This document shows positions 13,622 through 29,460 of a stretch of 64,000 nucleotides of DNA, piece by piece. This DNA comes from Octopus vulgaris (taxonomy: Eukaryota), in contig OX597822.1 of the NCBI GenBank assembly GCA_951406725.2, forward strand, positions 31,248,001 through 31,312,000, given 5' to 3'. The notes under the pieces are model-generated. The model worked only from the letters and a program-made list of their open reading frames with translations, did no database searches and was not told where the DNA came from. Position 1 is the stretch's first letter, and the number at the start of each line of letters is the position of its first letter. The translations under genes were made by a program, and so were the position numbers.

Positions 13622-13662
13622 TTCAGTACCGGTTTCAGTCATTGAGACCTTTTCAACTGTAA
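13622..13662 (-). ncRNA. Minimal type I hammerhead, U3-A8 variant
   Basis: Minus: CAG-TTGAAAA-GGTC TCAAT GACT-GAAA-CCGG-TA-CTG; the insert abuts (TA)n at ~13570. Confidence 0.65.
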
Positions 13663-13827
13663 CAATTAAATAATTAAATTTAGAAAAATTGAAAGAACCG
13701 TTTTTTAAAAAGAATATTTGTATAGTGTTCAAATATAAGTGACATTTTCCTTGTTTCTGCCTGTCTCTGTCTCTCTCATTAACTCTTGTGGGCTCGAGGT
13801 TGTTGTGAATTCTTGGTAAGGAAGAAG

Positions 13828-13860
<33 letters not shown>

Positions 13861-13933
13861 CACACATATATTCATGTGATCAAATATATATTGGCATAAC
13901 ACATAGACGTATTTATATACTTATCTATCTCCG

Positions 13934-14000
<67 letters not shown>

Positions 14001-14766
14001 GAGTGTTTGTGTTTTATGTCTAACTAACATTACTAATGCTCACTTATTCCCACATCGTAATTACTCTCAGAGGGGAACCTTTAGCTAAGTCCTCATGAAA
14101 TTTTTATGACAATTATAAAATTTTTATGATCTGTATTTCTCATTTTTATATGAGCTAGCAAAATAAAACAGAATTATTTATTTTCTGATGCAAGATACAA
14201 AACACATATGCATGCATCTTATCTTAACTTGAGGTAAACATTGAGCTAAATTATGATCGTGTACGACGGAAATTTTCTAATCAATTGCTGTGTGTGACTA
14301 TCTACATTTCTTTGATTATTTTTACATCTATTTTAATAGTATATCGGTATTCTTGTATTATCTTTTTACGACCGAGATACATAGTTTGTTCAATAATATT
14401 ATTTAAGAATTCACACGCTGGGCGTCTTAAGTGTCTGTCGATTGAGAGAATTCACTTAAAATAATAACAATACTCATAAAGAACAAAAATTTATCCTGAG
14501 CCTTACAAGTCGCTTCAGTTATGTTCGTCAATTTGAAGTGTATACGATGAATCATTTGCCAAGTGTTTTCGAATAAACAAGGTATAAATTTAGGCATACA
14601 ACACATCAAAAATTTAAATGTAATGTATAAATCCACCAAAAATGCTTCCAAAAGAATATTCCTCATAGAAAAACTGTCCCGTTTATAAATGTTATCTCTA
14701 ACATTAATGTACATTAAGGTATTTATACAGAAACGTTTACGCTATTCGTGTTACAACTTCATATAA

Positions 14767-16510
<1,744 letters not shown>

Positions 16511-16516
16511 TATGCA

Positions 16517-16797
16517 TACTCTTTTACTCTTCTACTTGTTTCAGTCATTTGACTGCGGCCATGCTGGAGCCCCGCCTTTAGTCGAGCAAATCGACCCCGG
16601 CACTTATTCTTTGTAAGCCCAGTACTTATTCTATCGGTCTGTTTTGCCGAACCGCTAAGTGACGGGGACGTAAACACTCCGGCATCTGTTGTCAAGCAAT
16701 GCTAGGGGGACAAGCACAGACACACAAATACACACACACATAAATATATATATAAATACATATATACGATAGGCTTCTTTCAGTTTCCGTCTACCAA
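16517..16797 (-). mobile_element. SINE family A, 3' two-thirds
   Basis: High similarity to the reverse complement of 23565-23841. Confidence 0.88.
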
Positions 16798-17018
16798 ATA
16801 TATTATTAAAATGCGAGGGCTTGCCATTTAGAGAAATACGACTTCTGCCATTTATGTTGATGTAAAATCTTGATGAATGCGACCATATATTTTGTGAATG
16901 AAATATAACCAGTGAAAAGTAAGATTCGCCAAAAACAATGGTCATTATAAGCCTACTAATTTTCTGAAAACATATTTTGCTCAATGCTTGCCATAATGTA
17001 TCTTATCTCCTGTATATA

Positions 17019-17232
17019 AGGCGTTGAGCTAGCAGAATCGTTAGTACGTAGAACAAAATTTTTATCAGTGTTTCGTCCGTCTTTACGTTCTGAGTTCAAA
17101 TTTCGCGGAGGGTGAATTTGGCTTCTATCATTTCGCAGTCGGTAACATAAGTACCAGTAGAGTCCTGGGATCAATGTTATCGACTATATATTCTACCACA
17201 AATTTCAACCCGTCTGCCGATATTAGAAACGA
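17019..17232 (+). mobile_element. tRNA-derived SINE family C
   Basis: GGCG..GAGCT.GCAGAA.CGTTAG..GTTCTGAGTTCAAAT; matches 46524 and 53882 copies. Confidence 0.7.
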
Positions 17233-17242
17233 TATCTATCTA

Positions 17243-17309
<67 letters not shown>

Positions 17310-17417
17310 ATCGCATGACCGACCAGTCCATCAGATGTAGTTACACATCGCTGGTCATAATACGTTCGCATTGTTTTAGCTTTCGAATGACGCCACCCCG
17401 CTGGCTAAGTGTGCAGC

Positions 17418-17484
<67 letters not shown>

Positions 17485-18010
17485 GTATGTGTGTGTGTGT
17501 AAAGATGAATCAAATATAGAGATATTCTATTGACAATTTATATTGCAATATTACATTAAATTGTATGAATATAATATAGAGCATGATATTATATAAATAG
17601 TTATAAAAACCATAAAAGCCAACAAATTCTTTCGACATATATATTTTTTTCTGTTATACATAATGACAGTTCCATTATACATATAGTCACTTCAGGGAGT
17701 TTGGTTCAGAAAAGACTAGATTCCGTGCGAAACGACGGCTGGATTGTAACACTTACGTCTAAATATACTCACATACAAACAAACAAAGACACCCAGCCAC
17801 ACAGGCACACGTATATGTACTAATTAAACATGTATACTATATATATATAGTTCCCTATGCAGAAAGCCAGCAAGGGTATGGGTTTATCAGGAGACAATGA
17901 TAGCCGTTTGGGTTGCATAATAGGGGTTTTATCTTTAATTTATATTTTATATATTTATATTGTGAAATTTTATTTAATACTAAATTGAATGTTTCCCTGT
18001 AAGTTTGGAG

Positions 18011-18053
<43 letters not shown>

Positions 18054-18057
<4 letters not shown>

Positions 18058-18452
18058 TAGTTATCGCCATACTAATATGGCATTCTTATAAAAATAAGAA
18101 TAAAGCTGTCCGCTTATTAGCTCCATGAGGCCATCGCCTTAAGTTAGCTATTTGATACACAAACTGTATCCATATAACCTTCGAACAAGGGAGGTCAGTC
18201 GCTCCACACTACTTGATCGACAGCTACAGACGCGTTTCGGGGTATTGCCCCTTGTCAATGTAGCGTAGTCAGACCAGTAGGTGTCGCTTCCGACTATCTC
18301 TGTTCGAAGGTTTTATTTACCTAGTTTCGGTGGAATACATCCACTTGTTTTCAATAATAGAAATATTAAAATTACTAAGTCTCTCTAAAAGAGAACACGG
18401 CAGCGTTCTGGAAATTAATAGAAATTTCCAGGAACGCTATTAATTTCCAGGA
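18054..18452 (-). mobile_element. Dispersed monomer of the 360-nt HHR repeat (retrozyme-like)
   Basis: Nearly identical to array units at 41618-42416; abuts (TA)n; short fold-back at 18402-18450. Confidence 0.85.
18223..18264 (-). ncRNA. Minimal type I hammerhead, U3-A8 variant
   Basis: Minus: GCTACA-TTGACAA-GGGG CAATA CCCC-GAAA-CGCG-TC-TGTAGC. Confidence 0.8.
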
Positions 18453-18797
18453 AATATAATATATATAATATACAAAATGAGAAAATTGAGAAATATACCT
18501 AAATCAATCATCAACCATCAGATAATACCCAATCAATACTTTATTAAACCATTACACAACAGCAGTTATGTTATACATAATATATTACAAATATAACAAG
18601 ACATAGAAATAGAAATAGAAAATACATTTATATTATAGCTGACAGCTGTTTCGGCCGTGAAGACAGGTATGTCCCATTTAACCGATAGAACTTCAAATTT
18701 AAGAACTTGTATATTCACACACACACACACTCACGAACGCACAAACATACACGACATACACAGGCAAGCAAACACACACTTACATCATATATATATA

Positions 18798-19741
18798 TAT
18801 GCATACATATATACATTTATGTAACTATAGACATATGTAATAATAATTGACAAAATTATTACTTATTGCTCACAGAAAGTATTAGTCAAAAATAGATTTG
18901 CTAAGAGATTAGAATATCTACGTTAGAATTGTTTTTCCAAAACTGGAAATAAATTAGCGTAGCATCTTTCAACCAGAGTGTTTTTTTCGGTAACTTAAAC
19001 AACCATGAAAGTTAAAATCGAAACGTCCTGATAATTTTACATATATTTTAAGCTGTTGGTTATCATAAACTTTGCACATACTTTTACACTACTTTAAATG
19101 TAAAATATAAGGAAATAATTCTAATTACTGCAAACAAATATATCCCTAACATAGACGATAGAACTTCAAATTTAAGAACTTGTATATTCACACACACACA
19201 CTCACGAACGCACAAACATACACGACATACACAGGCAAGCAAACACACACTTACATCATATATATATATATATATATATATGATGTATGTGTGTGTTTGC
19301 TTGCCTGTGTATGTCATGTATGTTTGTGCGTTCGTGAGTGTGTGTGTGTGAATATACAAGTTCTTAAATTTGAAGTTCTATCGTCTATGTTAGGGATATA
19401 TTTGTTTGCAGTAATTAGAATTATTTCCTTATATTTTACATTTAAAGTAGTGTAAAAGTATGTGCAAAGTTTATGATAACCAACAGCTTAAAATATATGT
19501 AAAATTATCAGGACGTTTCGATTTTAACTTTCATGGTTGTTTAAGTTACCGAAAAAAACACTCTGGTTGAATGATGCTACGCTAATTTATTTCCAGTTTT
19601 GGAAAAACAATTCTAACGTAGATATTCTAATCTCTTAGCAAATCTATTTTTGACTAATACTTTCTGTGAGCAATAAGTAATAATTTTGTCAATTATTATT
19701 ACATATGTCTATAGTTACATAAATGTATATATGTATGCATA
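18798..19741. repeat. Long palindrome with ~460-bp arms centred on (TA)n at ~19270
   Basis: 18798-19258 is the reverse complement of 19281-19741 with very few mismatches; 18683-18800 also directly duplicates 19156-19270. Confidence 0.92.
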
Positions 19742-20758
19742 CAATAACACACACATGCACACACAAACATATATAAATATATGATTATTTTCTCATAATG
19801 TATATGTTTTATATATATATGCATCATTAGAGAATATTCATGAAGAGAGTGTGGAGAATTAATCGAGATACCAAATATATGTTGCGAAAATGGTAGAAAT
19901 GCTTATCAGTGATGCTATTACAGTACGATTAGTATATATTTGATCAATGGTTATATGCAAGTGTCATAAAATTTCAGCTCTAAAGATAAAAGAGCAAAAC
20001 TAGACGCTCTACTATGTATATATGTTCGTGTGCTTTATGATTTCAGTAACCTCATTCCATGAATGCATCGTCACTAAAGGTAATAAAATTTACTAATAAT
20101 AGTAATTTTCTTCCCTAACAATGAGTTTAGTAGGGGATTAATTGCTAAAGCAGTATACCTTACTTAAGATAATAACATTAATCAAAACTTTTAAATCAAT
20201 TAGGTTTCCCTTTTCTAAGGCTCATACATACAAATGCATCGAAATTTTCGATGTAGAACATGTAATGTCGGGAGCTCTAATTTCTTATAATTACATTTCG
20301 CGTTCGGGAAACAATGCCAATGTCCATCGCCTGATTATTCGAGATGAACAATTCTTTCTTTGTGTAGATTTTCTGTTCTTATATGCTGAAGGAAGAACGA
20401 CTAATGGCTGGCTTCAAACAGAACGGCAACTAAATTAAAGAAAATATTTAAGTCAGCGAAAACAATGCATGTATCAGGAGGATCATTGTAATTCAAATCA
20501 ATTATGTATTACAACGCTTTAAACTACCTCACAAAGTAGAACGGATGTTCAACCTTTTATTTTCGTCCCGTGATATCGTTGATAATAGTTTCAGAAGAAA
20601 GCGTTTTTGACTTTTCACTGCAGCACAGCACTTGACACTCAGTCGTCTCTAAAATAATATTGAAGGCAACAGCTACAATATATAGCATTCAGCTACCGGA
20701 TAAATTTTATTTACAATAAGGGCATAATCACTCAGGTTTAAAGGGAGCTGCAATACTG

Positions 20759-20818
<60 letters not shown>

Positions 20819-20862
20819 CGGAATGGTCATATTAAAAAATCTTGCACAACAAATATTTAAAC

Positions 20863-20897
<35 letters not shown>

Positions 20898-21100
20898 TAT
20901 TGCGGTTCGCTTTAAACCTGAGTTATTATGCCCTTGTTGTAAGTAAAATATAATATAATATAATATAATATAATATAATATAATATAATATAATATAATA
21001 TAATATAATATAACAAGATACAGTTACTGGTATAATGATAACCGGGTAAGGTTAATTGGACCCAACTGAGTATGTAATCTGCTTTTGAGCTATTCAGATA

Positions 21101-21846
21101 TGTATATTTTATTAAATATACCGTCCTTAAGCAGAAAATCAAGACAAAATCGAGCCTCAGAACCGTCATTGGAGACTACAATCTGCCGGTCACAAGCTGC
21201 TGATATGCGGCCACCAGAAGAGTTCGTGAAACGCCTACCTGACCACTATTGCCATCTTATCTGCGATTGCTCGCCCTGCAGAGACCGAACACCAACGTAG
21301 GATTCGCCGAATTACGAATGCTCCGTCAATGGCAGTTGCTCGAACTTCAGAGAAAGAGGACCAGCGAAGAAACCACCGATCTGCTAACACTGCGTCTACA
21401 GCCACTGCAAGATCTTCTCAAACAAGTCCCCAGCGGAAACGTCACCGAGCCGCTAATGCTGCGTGCATCTCAGCAGCCGCACGTACCGAGGAGAATGAAG
21501 AACAACGCCATAGACGTCGGACAACATATGCTGGAAACAGTCCTGCTGCTCTATCTTCCCAGACGTTACAAGACTGTGATAATTGCCTTCAGAATTATGT
21601 CAGACAGCGAGCCCTTCCGAAAGGTGTTTCTAAACCGTTGGCCTCACAGTGGGTCTTAAAAACATTCCACAAGTGTATGCTTCTAATCGGCGCTGCGCTG
21701 AGGAATAAGGTGTTGAAATCAGAAGAGCATTGCGCGAGCGCGGTTGCCGAGGTAGGGGTCAAAACATTTTCTCAAGTGTAAGGCTACATCTTTCTGCAGT
21801 TGTATGGTAATTTATTAAGACCCGTGCAACGCCGGGTACTTGCTAG
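21101..21846 (+). mobile_element. Non-autonomous Helitron with a RepHel N-terminal-like remnant
   Basis: 3' hairpin CCCGTGCAACGCCGGG then CTAG|T at 21843-21847; GC-rich interior encodes EKEDQRRNHR..ARTEENEEQRHRRR repeats; 5' end approximate. Confidence 0.72.
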
Positions 21847-22249
21847 TGCATAATATAATGAAGTAATATTTGAAAATATCTATAGTCACTTATACGGTTC
21901 TCTTAACACCCTTCCTACCAAAACAGTATTTCATGTAGCTATAACTTGTTTTGTTGGAAATCTACTGTTGATAAAATTTGATCTATATATTAAAAAATAT
22001 CTTTAAAAAATAGTATTTATTATATCATTCTTGTACTGTAGTGTTTATGCATAATTACATATGATTACTGAATTAATTCTAATAAACGAATGCGTTTTAA
22101 CTGTTGTTGTTGACTTTTTTTACTTTAATGTAAATATATCGAAGCATTTATCTCGGTATTTCTTACAATAAAATAGCTTTTTAATCGTATTATTCAAGAA
22201 TTCTGTAATTACAATTTTGAATTCAAAATGAAAATGAAAATAACAACAA

Positions 22250-22298
22250 AACAACAACAACAACTATGATAGTAATAATAATAACAATAATAATAATA

Positions 22299-22390
<92 letters not shown>

Positions 22391-22403
22391 AAGAAGAAGA
22401 AGA
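22250..22403. repeat. Compound (CAA)(AAT)n(AAG)n microsatellite
   Basis: Seen directly. Confidence 0.95.
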
Positions 22404-23432
22404 ATTGTAATTATATTTATGACTTTGTAAAGCAAGACTGGATTTTAGAATTATAATGATATTGATTTCATCTTTAGGCACATATGAAAATTGTGTGAAA
22501 CATGTTATTTTTTATTAACGCCAGAAGTATGAAAGCAAACTGATACAGTAGCCTACTCAGAATTTGCATGCTATCGCTTATAAATGTCGTAGGGTATTTA
22601 ACATGACACTCTAAAATCTTGGCTCAAATTACGCCTCTGGCGTTTCGGTGACATAAAATTTTACTAAATAACGTTGTAAATGTTACTGATATTCTAATTT
22701 CCTTTGTTATCTCGAAAATTGTATGAATCTTAAATAACCAAAACAATTGTTATACAGAAAGAATTTCACGAATCGCGGATGATAATCAAATTTTTTTTGT
22801 TGTTTTTGTGGCCGGCATTGTAAATTTAGGCATTTTATTGAAAGGGTGTCTGTATGGTCTGCATTGAAGTAAATTATTATGCAAATCTCAAGGAAATCAA
22901 CAAAAAACATCTTATGTTTGGACATGACACTTTAGATAACGTAGTTGGAAATAGCCTTAGAATAGACATTGTTTAATATTGGAAATGTATTAAACATAAA
23001 TATGGGAATAAACAGGAACATAAGTAGTATGCTTTATGTTTTAAGACGCAATAACGCCAAAACACTCTACAAATGAAATTCAAATGTGAAATTATTATTG
23101 AGAATAAAACAGTTGTTTTATCAGTAGGATTATATACAATATTCAGCGGGGACGGTCGAGGCAAGAAAAGAATCTGCGTACACTACTGTGAAATTAAGCA
23201 GAAACGTCGTTCTATAAAAACATGTACAACACAAAATGACATTTGGCAAGGAAGATAAAGAGAGACGTGATCCTGGAAAATATTTTGAATCCAAACGAAT
23301 CTCAAATAATCTCAATTTGAAAACGAGAAGTACTACATCATATCTTTGGGTACATATACATATATACACATATACATACATACGTACATATATACACTTA
23401 CATACATACACACACATAAATACATACATATA

Positions 23433-23841
23433 GGCGCAAGAGTGGCTGTGTGGTAAGTAGCTTGCTAACCAATCACATGGTTCCGAGTTCAGTCCCACTG
23501 CGTGGCATCTTGGGCAAGTGTCTTCTGCTATAGCTCCGGGTCGACCAATGCCTTGTGAGTGGATTTGGTAGACGGAAACTTAAAGAAGCCTGTCGTATAT
23601 ATGTATACATATATATGTATGTGTGTGTGTTTGTGTGTCTGTGTTTGTCCCCCTATAATTGCTTGACAACCGATGCTAGTGTGTTTACGTCCCCGTCACG
23701 TAGCGGTTCGGCAAAAGAGACCGATAGAATAAGTACTGGGCTTACAAAGAATAAGTCCCGGGGTCGATTTGCTCGACTAAAGGCGGTGCTCCAGCATGGC
23801 CGCAGTCAAATGACTGAAACAAGTAAAAGAGTAAAAGAGTA
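23433..23841 (+). mobile_element. tRNA-derived SINE family A, full length
   Basis: A box TGGCTGTGTGG, B box GAGTTCAGTCC, central (TA)(TG) tract, tail (GTAAAAGA)n. Confidence 0.9.
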
Positions 23842-24419
23842 TATGTATATATATATATATATATATTGATAGATAGATATAGATACATATGTGAGTGTGT
23901 GTGACTATTGCTTATAGACGACCGAATTTCGTGACCGAGTGTGGCTTTGTTTTATATAGTTTGATTGTATAATTGCTGTTAGTTATCCTATTTCTTCGCC
24001 GTCAGACATATATATAATCCCGCTCCCATCGGCCATGAAGAACTAGAATAACTGAAATATGAAAACTGGATGGAAATAGGACTGCAGTAGTCCCCTAACT
24101 AAAACCAATAAAGTTGAATGCATTGATAAAGCGTGAAACCATACGAGTTTCTTCAGCCTCAAAACATACCACGAGATTCAGCATTCAAACCCGTTATTTT
24201 ACTACAATGATTCCAACCTATCTCATTCAAGTTAAGTTACGACTCTTATATATGTGTGTTTGTTTGAGTATGTGTGTGTGTGATCGAGCCTGTGTGAAAA
24301 TATACATTTGATTAAAGTCGGTCCAGTAGGATTCAAGGCATATCAAAGTGATGCGCGCCACTACTGATGACTCGACAGAATGACAGACATCGGTCAGTAA
24401 AACAATCCGTTACCATATT

Positions 24420-24803
24420 GGATGGAAGCACTCCGTCGATTACAACGACGAGGGTTCCGGTTGATCCGATCAACGGAACAGCCTGCTCGTGAAATTAACG
24501 TGTAAGTGGCTGAAAACTCCACAGACACGTGTACCCTTAACGTAGTTCTCGGGGATATTCACCGTGACACAGAGAGTGATAAGGCCGGCCCTTTGAAATA
24601 CAGGTACAACAGAAACAGGAAGTAAGAGTGAGAGAAAGTTGTGGTGAAAGAGTACAGCAGGGATCACCACCATCCCTGCCGGAGCCTCGTGGAGCTTTAG
24701 GTGTTTTCGCTCAATAAACACTCACAACGCCCGGTCTGGGAATCGGAACCGCGATCCTACGACCGCGAGTCCGCTGCCCTAACCACCGGGCCATTGCGCC
24801 TCC
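24420..24803 (-). mobile_element. tRNA-derived SINE family B, full length with a 13-bp TSD
   Basis: Head GGAGGCGCAATGGCCCGGTGGTTAGGGCAGCGGACTC; TSD CCGTTACCATATT at 24407-24419 and 24804-24816. Confidence 0.92.
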
Positions 24804-24947
24804 CCGTTACCATATTACGGAATGTATTAACTCTACAGTATCGAATAGCCAATTCCTCAGCTTTTATGAGGTACATGAATATTTATACACACACACACAC
24901 ATATATATGTATACATACATACATACATACATACATACATACATACA

Positions 24948-24980
<33 letters not shown>

Positions 24981-25219
24981 CCATATATGCTTATATACAT
25001 ATGCCGATATATTTGTATATAAAAATAATACTGTATTCTGAATGTTTCTATCTCAAGCTCCTAGTATATCTTTTCCAGGGAGAATACCATCTGGATGATA
25101 TTAAACAGGAAAGCGATGCACAACATTTTTCTTTCTTTTCTTCTGAAAATCGGTGAATTTACTTAATGGAATACAAGAAAAGTAAACATCCAATCACATG
25201 CATATAAATCTATACATAA

Positions 25220-25285
<66 letters not shown>

Positions 25286-25330
25286 GTATATGTATATATA
25301 TATATATGTGTGTATATATATTGCTATATG

Positions 25331-25398
<68 letters not shown>

Positions 25399-25401
25399 AA
25401 A

Positions 25402-25434
<33 letters not shown>

Positions 25435-25442
25435 ACTATATG

Positions 25443-25480
<38 letters not shown>

Positions 25481-25564
25481 TGTATATATGTATACATATA
25501 TATATATGTATATATATAACTATATGTATGTATATATATGCATATATGTGTGCATATATATGTA

Positions 25565-25617
<53 letters not shown>

Positions 25618-25837
25618 TATATGTATATATATATATATTTGCGAACAGAGAACATATTTTTTTATGGATTGCTTAGAAGAATTTGTTAAATTGCCATTTA
25701 TACTTTTTGAATGTTTTTATCAAAAGCAGAATAAAATGTTACATTCTATTTTGAAGTCATTCTCACTTACTTTATTCTAAAATAGAAATGGCGTTACTAT
25801 GCATCATATTTGCATGTGCGTGTATATCTTATTTACA

Positions 25838-25890
<53 letters not shown>

Positions 25891-25951
25891 GCAAATAGTA
25901 TCATAGACACACAGGCATATTCAAATAGAATAATATACCCAAACAAATATC

Positions 25952-25993
<42 letters not shown>

Positions 25994-26046
25994 CGTATAT
26001 ATGAATGTATGTATTATAAATATACGCTCACATATATGTATTCACA

Positions 26047-26094
<48 letters not shown>

Positions 26095-26964
26095 ATACTA
26101 GCGCATGCATGAGTTCATTGCGTGAACATGGAAAGAAGAAGAAACTATAAATTTCATTAACTTTCGCATTTGCAAATACAATGAGACTTTTATGCACCTT
26201 TAAAATAATACTATATATCGATTTCACAATATATATGACCGAGACAGGGTTTCAAAAGCCACGTACACACACAACATACACACTCACGGACGCACGCACA
26301 CGCACACACATGATTGCATGCATATGTTATGTGTTGTATAATTGAAACATTACGTTTATGTAAATATATCCCTGTGTAAATTTCTTAACGAGATTATATC
26401 CTTCAAAATAATTTTGCATTATATCAATTTCGCAACCATTAGACAATAAGGCTGCATGGTGTTTCAATCAAATGGAATTGAAAATTTATTCATAAAAGAA
26501 GTCTACAATGCAGTCTATATTTGATATGTTGAGAAAAAAAAGTGTAGTAGGTAAATGTGAAGAGAGATAGGAATGGAAAGTAATGTCTTAATAATAGCCG
26601 ATACAAATGTTTTGTTTATGTAATGGGGTAATAACTTCACACAAAATAATAAAAAAACTTACAGAAAAAGTACTAGAATCGTTGGTAGGCAAATTCACAC
26701 AGGATAATTTCTTTTTCAGTTTTTTTTCATCAATTTAAATATTGTTTTATTGAATTTTAATTTTTAATTTAATAAATAATTTTTTTGAAAAGTAGTGTTT
26801 ATTTCACTATTGTGTATAAGTACCAATATATTTGATATCAGTTAACTTATAAGTATACAATGTATACTACACTTCCTGATGTTACCAAGCTAAAATGTCT
26901 ATACTTCAAAAGTTACTCATATGAAATATATTCCAGCTAATAATTGAATATATACATCCATTCT

Positions 26965-27527
26965 CATCATGTCTTTCAGTCATTGAACTACAGTCATGCT
27001 GGGGTACTGCCTTGAAGAATTTTTGTCTTTAGTCTCATGAATTGACTCCAGTATATATTACTTTTTAAAGCTCAGTTATTAACCTACCGATCTCTTCTGC
27101 TCAAGTGCACGGTCACAGGGTCGTAAGCAGAATAATGCATGTTGTCAACCGGTGGGGAACAAACACGAACAAAAATATACACACACACATGAGCGCACAC
27201 GCATATACAGATACATACCAATAGCTTCTTCAGTTTCCATCTACTAAAGTGTATTACAAGCCTTTAGTGGATTTGTCGCAATAAAACGAAGTCATCTGCC
27301 CAAGGTATCCCAAAGCGGGAATGAACCCGGAACCTTGTGCTTTGAAAGCAAACTCCTTACCGCACAGCCACACTTGCACAGTGCGGTGAAAAGTTTGTTT
27401 CCAACCACATGATGCCGAGTTCAGTCCCATGTCGTGGCATCTTAGGCGAGTGTCTTCTGCTATACCTTCGGAGAAACCAAAGCCTTATAGATGGATTTGG
27501 TAGATGGAAACTGAAAGAGTCCCGTAG
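26965..27527. mobile_element. Two back-to-back SINE A remnants (minus 26965-27375; plus-strand head 27376-27527)
   Basis: Similarity to 23433-23841 on each strand. Confidence 0.65.
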
Positions 27528-27623
<96 letters not shown>

Positions 27624-27639
27624 TGTGTGTGTGTGTATA

Positions 27640-28487
27640 CAGGGTGTGGGTGAGTAAATTACGCAAAAATGAAAATAAGACTCACATCTCATTATAACTG
27701 ATATATTTACCAAAATTACATAAAGAATATCTTGAAATTCTAAAGAGTAAATTTTTTCAATGAAATCTCTATTAGCTTCACTCACGGTCTCCAGACAACT
27801 TCGGAATCTCTTGCAAATCTTCTGGACACTCTTCTTGTTTAAGTTGGTCAGTACTACCATAATCCTTGCCTTCAATTCATCTTTTGTGTTACAAGGAATT
27901 ATTTTGATGGTCTCTCGCTCACCTGCGCCCCACACATAACGGGGTTGAAGTCTGGAGAGTCAGGTGGCCACATTATAGGGGTAAGGTGGTCGCAGAAATT
28001 GTCTGACATTCATCAATTGATTCTCCTGCCTGTGTGACAGACATAGAGTCATCCAGCAACCACCCTCTTGATCTAGGGCAGCGGTATCTCCTTCAGGAAC
28101 ATGTTGTAGGCTTCTGTGCTGAGTCTGAGGCCGTGTAGGAAGATGAATGGAGGCATAATGTCGCCATCACTAATGATAACTCCAAACACCATGATGTTGA
28201 CTGGATGTTTGATTTTTATTATTCTTTGTATGTGTCCTGAGATTGCACTGTCCTCATATTCACACACAGATATTCTGAAATATTCGTTTTAGAGCTTCCG
28301 GTGGAAATGCCACGCAGTACAGCATACCGTTACCAAATTTCTGGCACTGTGAACTGCGTAATTGCGCTGTTTTTGTCACAGATGTTGCACAACTGACCCT
28401 ACTATTGTGGGTAGTCGACAAAATCAAAAACAAACAATATGTGAACTTAAAAATATAGAACGGCGACGTTTAACCCATCGTACCCTG
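27640..28487 (-). mobile_element. Internally deleted mariner-like (maT/DD37D-like) transposon
   Basis: Minus translations KHPVNIMVFGVIISDGDIMPPFIF and WPPDSPDFNP..VWG..NTKDELKARI..CKRFRSCLETV; degenerate TIRs beginning CAGGGT at both ends; a related TIR lies at ~57066. Confidence 0.8.
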
Positions 28488-29064
28488 TCATTCTGTCCCA
28501 ACACAGATAGTTTTCAATATTGTGAAGAAAAAATTACTTTTACATGGTGTTTAAAATAAAAATAAAATAAGGTGACGGCGCATAGTTCTTTTTGCATTTG
28601 ACAACAGTTTCTGGGTTCTAGAAGTTACGTTGTAGTCATAATGTTCATAATTAACCGATAGAATGTGCACAAAGCCATGTATATGCCCAATGAGCTTTTT
28701 CCAGTTTTCATTTATCAGTGTCGCTCATAAGACTTTGGTGGCCCTGGTGCTAGAGTAAAATACCCTCTATTCAGGTGTCACGCATTAAGACGAAAATCTG
28801 AACCATGTCACTGATAACAAAGATTTTACCACACACCCTCTCCTGTACCTATATGCATATATATTCGAGTGTTTTATTATATTTTGAATTTCGTGAACAT
28901 AACGCAAATTCTAGAAATGTCGTGTAGACATTGCAAAAACTATAGGGATGGGGTGATCTTATCTGCTATTTATAAGGTCTCTGTATAGGAATCGAAGTTT
29001 ATGTAAAATAAGAAGTTGCTTAACTTCAATATGAGTAAAACGAATTTACATCATTGTACGCAAA

Positions 29065-29460
29065 GGAGCAGGAGTGGCTGCGTGGTACGTGGCTTGCTTA
29101 CGAACCACATGGTTCCGGATTCAGTCCCACTGCCTGGCACCTTGGGCAAGTATTTTCTACTATAGCCTCGATGCGACCAAAGCCTTGTGAGTATATTTTG
29201 TAGACGGAAATGAAAGAAGTCCGTCGTATATGTGTATATATATATACGTATGTGTGTGTGTCTGTGCTTGTCCCCCCAACGTCGCTTGACAATCGATGCT
29301 GGTGTGTTTACGTCCCCGTAACTTAACGGTTCGGCAAAAGAGACCGATAGAATAAGTACTAGGCTTATAAAGAATAAGTCCTGGGGTCGATTTGCTCGAC
29401 TAAAGGTGGTGCTCCAGTATGGCCACAGTAAAATAACTGAAACAAGTAAAAGAGTAAAGT
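29065..29460 (+). mobile_element. SINE family A, full length
   Basis: Colinear with 23433-23841. Confidence 0.9.

Noticed and set aside
23433-23510. tRNA genes at SINE heads (also 24803, 29065, 34301, 50488)
   Set aside because: A/B boxes are present but no complete cloverleaf, and each continues into a repeated SINE body
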